From: Candidatus Thorarchaeota archaeon
GTDB taxonomy: Archaea > Asgardarchaeota > Thorarchaeia > Thorarchaeales > Thorarchaeaceae
DNA length: 64,000 nucleotides
Direction of reading: 5' to 3'
Assembly: GCA_029855935.1 (NCBI GenBank)
Contig: JAGSHN010000018.1
Coordinates: 1-64,000, forward strand
Shown: positions 57,544-64,000 of the stretch, piece after piece
Layout: every line of letters starts with the position of its first letter
Position numbering within the stretch: position 1 is the stretch's first letter
Made by a program: the position numbers and the translations under genes
Notes under the pieces: generated by a model
Database searches by the model: none
Told to the model about the DNA's origin: nothing
Seen by the model: only the letters and a program-made list of their open reading frames with translations

Positions 57544-59547
57544 GTGTGTTTCATATTGGAAATTCCGTCGGAGTTCGGTCATCTGAGGGAAGACTCAAGC
57601 ATCCCGTGGGAGAGGATAGTATCAGAGGCCAATTCTAGGCGTGAGAAGAACTACTTCATTGCCTTTACCGATGTCGCAATCGAGTTCGCAAGGAAGGAGA
57701 GTATGAAGAAGCGCCCACGGGAGGGAGTGGTCATCCTAGGCATCGAGGCTGCGCTGACACGTGGTCGACTGGCGGACGTTCTCTTCCTCTCTGATAGCAG
57801 TGATAGCATCGCCGTTCTCAGCCTGAGAGCAATTGCGCTCTTCGTTATCTCCGATACCGAGGGACTGAGGCACGTTCTCGAAACCGTGGAGGCGAAGGTG
57901 AGCGATGAGTCTCCAGTCACAGACAGGGTGAGAGTCTCGACGGTTCGAATCCTTCTTGCGGCCGTGGAGAGGGATACAAGCGTCATAATGTGCATAATGG
58001 AGTTTGATAATCTGCTTGACAACTATCCTGAGCAGGTCGAGCAGCCCCTGACAGAGACTATGTTCGCACTCTACGTGGTCGGTACTCTGCTCAAAGAAGT
58101 AGGGGAGGTGGGGAAGGCCTCGCGATTGGCCGACACGCTGGAGACAATGACAGAGTCGAAAGGCCACAGGATGCTCACCGCTCTCGTTGAGAACCTCAGG
58201 GGCAACATAGCCAACTACTTGGGAGAATACAGTAGAGCAGAGGAGCACTATCTCAGGTGCCGCGAGATCAGTCAGGAGTACGGTTTCTCTCTAGGCGTGG
58301 GAATGGCTCTAAACAACATGGGTTCACTGATGATAGCGGTCTTCAGGCTGGAGGAGGCGCTTGAGTATCTCCGAGAGGCGCTCAAGTATATGGACATAGA
58401 GACGCCAAGGCTCACCACACTCGTCAATCTGGGAGAGATTGCGACTCTCCTAGGCAAGACCGATGAGGCACGCGAGTACTTTGAGGAGGCTGTACGGATA
58501 GAGAAGAAGCTCCAGAAGGGAGTCGTAGAGACCTACACGCTGTACTGTTCCCTACTGTGTCGCCTTGGAGAAATGGACAAGGCAAGAAAGATGCTGTCCG
58601 AGGCCGCGAAGATAGCGGAGAAGTCGGAGAAACCAATCAAGCGATGTTCCTACCTACTCTCGCTCGCACTCTTCAACGCCAGCAACGGCGGGTATGCGGA
58701 GGCCAGAAAAGCGCTGGACGAGATGCTGACAATTGCCCGCGAACAGAAGGTCTTCGAGATGGTTGTCCGTGCCATCATCGAAACCGCGAGGGTCTATATG
58801 AGCGAGTTTGAGGCCACAGGCAACAGACAACTGATCTCTCAGGCGATGCAGTATCTAGACGACCTGACGCAGATTGCGAAGGAGCAGGACCTGCCATCGC
58901 TGCGAGCACGTGCGTTGATGCTCAAGGGAGAGTTGCATCGTCTCACTGGGGGCGTTCTCCAAGCGAAGGGCTATCTGGAACGTGCACTCAGTATTGCAAG
59001 ATTCAGGGATGACGCGATGTTGGAGGCACAGATAAGGGAGAGCCTAGAGACGTTGGGTGGCGCGGAGGAGGAAGATGTAGAAGAAAGTGTGATGAGCTCT
59101 ATGGACCGCATCTCAGTCTTCAGAACGCACGGCCGCTACAGAGAGGTTGCAACACCAACACTGCACGCCTTGATCACCATAATCAGAGAGTCTGGCCTGA
59201 CCGAGTTCGTTCACTATTTTGACAGCTCGCTTGAGATGGACAGCTCAATAATTGCAGGATTCATCACAGCCATTGCGGCATTTAGTTCAAAGTTGATGGA
59301 GTCTACGGGGAACCTGAGGACAATCTCGCACGAGGGATTCACCATCATGATGGAACATACTGAGAGACGGACGGTGGCTCTCATAGCGACTGAGGAGACC
59401 TATGAGATCAGATATAGACTGAGAAAGTTCGCGAAGGAATTCGATGAAAAGTTCCCACTGCCCGAGGGCGACGTCATCGAGACAAAGGTATACGAGGCGG
59501 CCACTGAGATGGTCAACCAGAGCTTCACAGACCTTATAGTGGCCTGA
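57544..59547 (+). CDS. TPR-repeat protein with C-terminal longin-like domain
   Basis: TPRs (GEYSRAEEHYLRC; ALNNMG...RLEEALEYLREAL; VNLGEI...GKTDEAREYFEEA). The C-terminus reads IIRESGL...MDSSIIAGFITAIAAFSSKL...LRTISHEGFTIMME...ALIA...LRKFAKEFDEKF. Confidence 0.85.
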   Translation: MCFILEIPSEFGHLREDSSIPWERIVSEANSRREKNYFIAFTDVAIEFARKESMKKRPREGVVILGIEAALTRGRLADVLFLSDSSDSIAVLSLRAIALFVISDTEGLRHVLETVEAKVSDESPVTDRVRVSTVRILLAAVERDTSVIMCIMEFDNLLDNYPEQVEQPLTETMFALYVVGTLLKEVGEVGKASRLADTLETMTESKGHRMLTALVENLRGNIANYLGEYSRAEEHYLRCREISQEYGFSLGVGMALNNMGSLMIAVFRLEEALEYLREALKYMDIETPRLTTLVNLGEIATLLGKTDEAREYFEEAVRIEKKLQKGVVETYTLYCSLLCRLGEMDKARKMLSEAAKIAEKSEKPIKRCSYLLSLALFNASNGGYAEARKALDEMLTIAREQKVFEMVVRAIIETARVYMSEFEATGNRQLISQAMQYLDDLTQIAKEQDLPSLRARALMLKGELHRLTGGVLQAKGYLERALSIARFRDDAMLEAQIRESLETLGGAEEEDVEESVMSSMDRISVFRTHGRYREVATPTLHALITIIRESGLTEFVHYFDSSLEMDSSIIAGFITAIAAFSSKLMESTGNLRTISHEGFTIMMEHTERRTVALIATEETYEIRYRLRKFAKEFDEKFPLPEGDVIETKVYEAATEMVNQSFTDLIVA

Positions 59548-59581
59548 TGATGTACAGTCTCAAGACCGGAGAACCTGTGAC

Positions 59582-61246
59582 ATGACCACTATAGATGACA
59601 TTCAGCGTATCGTCACAATCGGAGAGACCCGCAATACTGAGTTCAAGAGAACGCTGACAAGAGCGGACCTCAAGAAAGACCGAAGAGAGAGACTCGTCGC
59701 GCGCATCCGGTACATGACCTGCGAGAGCCCCTTCGAGGGGCGATTCCTGGTTGGCATTGAGGACATCAACGACAGAGAATGGAAGATATACGGCCTCGAT
59801 GAGAAGCGCCTAAGAGAGGCTCAAGAGGTCCTCCACATAATCTGCGAGGAGGCGGGAGTCGAGATAGTTGAGGAGGAACAGATAGAGACTGAGAGAGGCC
59901 TTGTCGGTATGTTTCTCCTCAAGCGAGTGGTCACGCCAGAGGTCAAGGAGACCTGTTCCGTCAATGTCGCAGGACGTGTCAACTCCGGCAAGTCCACGCT
60001 GATTGGAGTGCTCGTGACGGGAAATGCTGACAATGGGAGTGGTCGGGCCAGATCGTTCCTCCTGACCCATCCTCAGGAACTCACCCGCGGACAGACCGCT
60101 GACATTCACCTGGCATTCATGGGATTCACCGAAGACGGAGAGATCCTCCATCTCGATGACCCGTTGAACAAGGGCGAGGCCGCAAGAGTACTGGACAGAT
60201 CTTCGAAGATTGTCACATTCTTTGACGCACCGGGACACAAAGAATACTCCAAGACTATGATAAGGAGTATTCTGGGCGCTGACGCACAGTATGGAATGGT
60301 GCTAGTACCAGCACCAGAAGAGGCCGATCTGATACGGCAGGAGGAGCTCCGTACCGGCATCCGCCGGCTGGACGATATCACCCGGGAACATCTGATATTG
60401 ATGGCCAGCCAGAAGATGCCCTTTATGCTGCTCATCTCAAAGGTGGACAGAGCAGACGCCGATGACATCACGCTTGTGAGCGAGGTGACTAGGTCCACGC
60501 TGAAGGAGATTGGAAAGATTCCCGTCACGGTGAACAGCCACGATGAGATTCCGCCAGTAGTCAGAGAGATGCCGAATGGTACTGTGGTGCCTGTTCTGCT
60601 CGTGTCTGCAGTGGACTCGCGTTCGCTAGACCTAGTGACAGAGATACTCCGACAGCTGCCGTCAAAGTCAACTGAGGACTCGCTCGACAAGCCAGCGCTT
60701 GCCTACGTTGACAAGGTCTACAGAGGGATTCGCGGTACCAACGTGGTCGTCACAGGGACCGTGAGGCAGGGCGTCTTCAAGACGGGTCAGATCGTCGTCC
60801 TCGGACCGGATCACAATGGTAGTCTGCTCACAGGCCGCATCTTCAGCATCGAGGTGTTCAAGAAACGTGTCAGCGGGGTGAAGGCTGGCGACCTCTTTGG
60901 CTTTGACATAAAGGATGTCGACAAGCACTCAGTGCGACGCGGCCAAGCGATTGCCGACTCTGAGGAACTCATCACTCCGTGCAGAGTGTTTGAGGCCAAC
61001 ATAGTAGTCACCCGTCACCCGACGCGAATCTCAGTGGGCTACTCTCCCGTCTTGCAGTGTCACACGATTCAGCATACCGTCGTCCTGCGGAAGATCTACA
61101 ATGCCGAGTATCTCTGCGTAGGCGACTTTGCCAGAGTACGACTGGAGTTCTCGATGTATCCCGAGGCCATAGGCGTGGGCGACAAGATAGTGCTGAGAGA
61201 GGCGAACACTCGGGCCATCGGGACGGTCATTGAGATCATCAAGTAG
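59582..61246 (+). CDS. GTPBP1/GTPBP2-like translational GTPase with N-terminal AlbA_2-like domain
   Basis: NTEFK...LVGIED...IYGL N domain; G1 GRVNSGKST; DNG.GRAR...H..E..RGQT; DAPGH; SKVD; VSA; EF-Tu-like domains II and III. Confidence 0.88.
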   Translation: MTTIDDIQRIVTIGETRNTEFKRTLTRADLKKDRRERLVARIRYMTCESPFEGRFLVGIEDINDREWKIYGLDEKRLREAQEVLHIICEEAGVEIVEEEQIETERGLVGMFLLKRVVTPEVKETCSVNVAGRVNSGKSTLIGVLVTGNADNGSGRARSFLLTHPQELTRGQTADIHLAFMGFTEDGEILHLDDPLNKGEAARVLDRSSKIVTFFDAPGHKEYSKTMIRSILGADAQYGMVLVPAPEEADLIRQEELRTGIRRLDDITREHLILMASQKMPFMLLISKVDRADADDITLVSEVTRSTLKEIGKIPVTVNSHDEIPPVVREMPNGTVVPVLLVSAVDSRSLDLVTEILRQLPSKSTEDSLDKPALAYVDKVYRGIRGTNVVVTGTVRQGVFKTGQIVVLGPDHNGSLLTGRIFSIEVFKKRVSGVKAGDLFGFDIKDVDKHSVRRGQAIADSEELITPCRVFEANIVVTRHPTRISVGYSPVLQCHTIQHTVVLRKIYNAEYLCVGDFARVRLEFSMYPEAIGVGDKIVLREANTRAIGTVIEIIK

Positions 61247-62942
61247 CCTGTGACTCGAAGCGCGGCAATGACGTCGGGAGAAGGGGCTCGTATCGGACCA
61301 GACCACGCGAGGAGACCACGCGCAGCAGGGGGTATACGGCGATGTCTGTGTCGGTGCATCTTCGGAGTAGCTCCACTCTCCAGTGAGGCGGACTTGACAC
61401 GATGGCCACGGCCCCGTCCTCCGTCAGCAGCAGTGTTCTCTCGATTGCCGCACCCTCTGTGGCCTGTCTAACACTCTCCTCCGATCCTGTGATAAGCAGA
61501 TTGGGCTGAAGACCGAGATGATTGAACTCCGGCAGGAGTAGAAGATTCCCGGTGCGTATCAGGGACTCCATCCTCTCGGGCGAACCGATAAAAGTGTCTC
61601 GAAGGACCTGAGGATCTCCCGAGTACAGCCGTTCTAGGACGGCCCTCTCCGCAGCAGGGAGCTCCGCCTGGCGAAAGTCTATTCTTGCCTCAACGGTTGG
61701 AGAAACCTCACGGGACCGTCCCAGTCGTGACAGTGCCCAGGTCACTATTCTGTCCACCTGGGGCAGAATGCCTCCTGACTTTGGTACCACGTCGTCAAGC
61801 TCTAGGCGATACTCAAGGGCCAATAGGTCTGAGCCGCTCCCGCTATCGGACACTGTCGCGGCAGATACGTGAGAGCCTTGGATGTAGTCGAGACGCAAGA
61901 GTGCCTTATCATCATCAGACGGCCGCTGCCACGTGATGCGCTGGTCGAGAGCTAGAGGATTGACGACCGCTCGAACACCAAGATGTATCTCCGGTACTGG
62001 GGAGTCGGTCTGGGCAAGTCGACGAGGAGAAGGGAGCAGTCCACAGAACTCTCTGAGGGAATGATACCGCTCTGTCCCGAGATTTACCTCGTGAGAACTG
62101 TGCACAACGTCAAGCACCTGTTGGAACTGCTTCCATCCCTTGATGGGTGGTGACGCCTCTCTCAGAACATCGAGCAAAGACCGGAAGCCGCGAGAGTCGT
62201 AGCTCTCTGCGTGGTAGACCAAGTGCGTCACAACGGAGAGCCGACCACTCTTCTTGGAGGCCCTCAGCCACGCCCTCAGCCAGCCCGTACGGGAATCACC
62301 ACGCAGAAGAGAGTATGCGATAGCATTGCCAAGCGTGACCGACCATTGCGCCAAGCGCCTGTCAGGATCAAGGTGCAACAGCACGGCAGCCCTGAGCGCA
62401 AGCCCCTCCCTCCACGAGGCCCGCACCGATGCCTCTTCGATGACAAAGGCATCGCCATCAAGTGCAAGGCCAAAGTTCTGTCCCTCGCCAACGGGTGAAG
62501 AGCTGACAAAGAGTGGCGGGAAGTCGGGCTCGGTCAGGCCCATATGCCGCGACACTCGCCTGATGGCACGTGCGAGCAGCGAGCGCACCTCCTCTGTGGC
62601 CTCCATTCTCAGCTCCTCTGGCGTGGGCTCCCTCGGCTTCTCGTACCGGGCAATCAGGCGGGAGGCGCGCCGAATCTTCTTGTACACCTCAACACTGACA
62701 TTCTCGCCCAAGTGCAGCACGCCCGAGGCGTCGAAGAAATAGACCCTTATCCTGTCGAGACTAATCACTGCTACAAGGAAGACGATGCCGCGAAGCTGAG
62801 CGAAGTGCTTTCGCAAGGTGGAGGCCTTCACGCGGAGAATCTCCACGGCAAGTGCGCCCGTCTCCCGGTACTGTCGTTCTCCAAACTCTGCCACCGCGCG
62901 CGGGACTCTCCTGCTTCTCTGACTCAATACGCGTACCTCCAT
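61239..62942 (-). CDS. Hypothetical protein
   Basis: 567-aa uninterrupted ORF with no recognisable catalytic motif. Confidence 0.7.
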   Translation of the reverse strand: MEVRVLSQRSRRVPRAVAEFGERQYRETGALAVEILRVKASTLRKHFAQLRGIVFLVAVISLDRIRVYFFDASGVLHLGENVSVEVYKKIRRASRLIARYEKPREPTPEELRMEATEEVRSLLARAIRRVSRHMGLTEPDFPPLFVSSSPVGEGQNFGLALDGDAFVIEEASVRASWREGLALRAAVLLHLDPDRRLAQWSVTLGNAIAYSLLRGDSRTGWLRAWLRASKKSGRLSVVTHLVYHAESYDSRGFRSLLDVLREASPPIKGWKQFQQVLDVVHSSHEVNLGTERYHSLREFCGLLPSPRRLAQTDSPVPEIHLGVRAVVNPLALDQRITWQRPSDDDKALLRLDYIQGSHVSAATVSDSGSGSDLLALEYRLELDDVVPKSGGILPQVDRIVTWALSRLGRSREVSPTVEARIDFRQAELPAAERAVLERLYSGDPQVLRDTFIGSPERMESLIRTGNLLLLPEFNHLGLQPNLLITGSEESVRQATEGAAIERTLLLTEDGAVAIVSSPPHWRVELLRRCTDTDIAVYPLLRVVSSRGLVRYEPLLPTSLPRFESQAT

Positions 62943-63050
62943 CTCATAGGCTGGCGGAGTTGACTGCCTCAGCAGTCGCCATCAGGCCTGGCAGATAGCT
63001 GTGAGAGACATACTTAACTGTATTCGCCTCTACGTGTGGCTGAGAATGCA

Positions 63051-63209
63051 ATGCAGTTCTTCGATATGACCATGCTCATAATCTGGCTCGTGGTCCCCCT
63101 CATGGTCCTCATCGGACGTGCGCTCTTGGCGGCATATAGGACCAAGCAGATACGAGACAGACTCCGCGAGACGGAGAAAAAGTCCACCCCTCTGACAAGG
63201 CCGCTATGA
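63051..63209 (+). CDS. Small single-TM membrane protein (52 aa, below ORF-track cutoff)
   Basis: MQFFDMTMLIIWLVVPLMVLIGRALLAAYRTKQIRDRLRETEKKSTPLTRPL: one hydrophobic helix followed by a basic tail, filling the gap between two minus-strand genes. Confidence 0.6.
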   Translation: MQFFDMTMLIIWLVVPLMVLIGRALLAAYRTKQIRDRLRETEKKSTPLTRPL

Positions 63210-63232
63210 ATCTCAAATAGATACGCTGGCAC

Positions 63233-63733
63233 CTACGTGCCCTCTGTTGCCGCCCCTTCCTCTTCGGCCTGCGTCTTCTCCAGATCCTCGTACATGGGCA
63301 AGAGGAGATCTCTGGTGGGGGTTGTATTCATCACAACATCAAGGATCTCGTTGTTCCTCAGCAACATACAACCCAAGAACTCATAGAGATACTTGTCGAG
63401 TCGGATGTTCACACCTCGGCGCGGGACCTGTGTGAGGAATAGTACGATGCTGAAGTCTCCACGCGGCAGCTGATTCAAGATGCCTCGCTTCATGTCCGGC
63501 TTAAGGTCCTGCTCCAATTGCTTGGTGGCTGTGCCACGTTCAATGAAGCTATACCGGATCCGCTCAAAGTTTCCCGACGCGCTCTTCTTTGGCCGCAGAA
63601 ACGATATCGAGTACCCGAGCCTCTTCAGAGAGTTGTACCCAATGAACGTACGATACAGCGGAGGACAGAGTGGCTCCAGCTCTACCTTTCTGAGCTCGAC
63701 TATCTTGCCGTTTCTGCGAACCTTCAGATTCAT
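63233..63733 (-). CDS. Hypothetical protein
   Basis: 166-aa ORF with coding-like composition and an acidic C-terminal tail. Confidence 0.7.
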   Translation of the reverse strand: MNLKVRRNGKIVELRKVELEPLCPPLYRTFIGYNSLKRLGYSISFLRPKKSASGNFERIRYSFIERGTATKQLEQDLKPDMKRGILNQLPRGDFSIVLFLTQVPRRGVNIRLDKYLYEFLGCMLLRNNEILDVVMNTTPTRDLLLPMYEDLEKTQAEEEGAATEGT

Positions 63734-63801
63734 ACTTCAGGCCATCCCAGAGTGAGTGCCCTTACTGCTTGTTGGGCAGGTGTCGGACCATCTATTGAAT
63801 G

Positions 63802-64000
63802 TCACGGCCCGTCTGTGACATATAGAGATACCCCTTCTCTACTTAAGAGAGTCGCCTTTGCTCTCCGACCGAGAGCATAGCCTCCGATGCCGCCCGCCGA
63901 GACGACGCGGTGGCACGGGATGATTGGTGCAAAACGATTCGAGGCCATTACATTCCCCACGAATCTGGCGGCCCCCGGCAGCCCCGCCATCTTGGCCAGT
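63802..64000 (-). CDS. ogt: Methylated-DNA--protein-cysteine methyltransferase (C-terminal part; truncated by window edge)
   Basis: LAKMAG.PGAARFVGNVM..N...PIIPCHRVV...G.GGY..G...K..LL..EG. The frame is open to the window end. Confidence 0.92.
   Translation of the reverse strand, partial: LAKMAGLPGAARFVGNVMASNRFAPIIPCHRVVSAGGIGGYALGRRAKATLLSREGVSLYVTDGP

Noticed and set aside
63014-63235. In-frame ORF continuing directly after the TAG of 63233-63733, suggesting amber (pyrrolysine) readthrough
   Set aside because: The upstream protein already ends in a typical charged tail, and the continuation is the antisense shadow of a more convincing plus-strand TM microprotein (63051-63209). No Pyl-related genes are in view.

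Overview
Gene-dense archaeal chromosomal window, most consistent with an Asgard archaeon (probably Thorarchaeia). This assignment is inferred from archaeal core genes (radA, top6A/top6B, geranylgeranyl reductase, cofE) together with two Rab-like small GTPases, a roadblock/LC7 protein and a TPR-longin fusion. Housekeeping content includes pheT (partial), purA, hbd, a P2A-type Ca2+-ATPase, grpE-dnaK-dnaJ, a sirtuin, citG, a glyoxylate reductase, a GTPBP1-like GTPase and ogt (partial). A ~20 kb block (34.7-54.6 kb) encodes three membrane-anchored subtilases and a 1698-aa repeat-rich surface protein. It is followed by a short AT-richer islet carrying mazF and an unusually large upstream partner gene. 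The most notable observations are: (i) one subtilase has the domain architecture and several motif-level similarities of eukaryotic Site-1 protease (MBTPS1/SKI-1); (ii) Top6A (Spo11 family) carries two RadA-N-like HhH domains and a Lys-rich tail; (iii) a coiled-coil protein between the two GTPases ends in a Vps28-CTD-like helical bundle, and another protein has a GLUE/GRAM-like split PH domain plus zinc ribbons; (iv) radA appears to start at a non-canonical ATA codon. No rRNA, tRNA, CRISPR array or intact transposase was recognised. All homology calls come from motif recognition by eye, with no database search.
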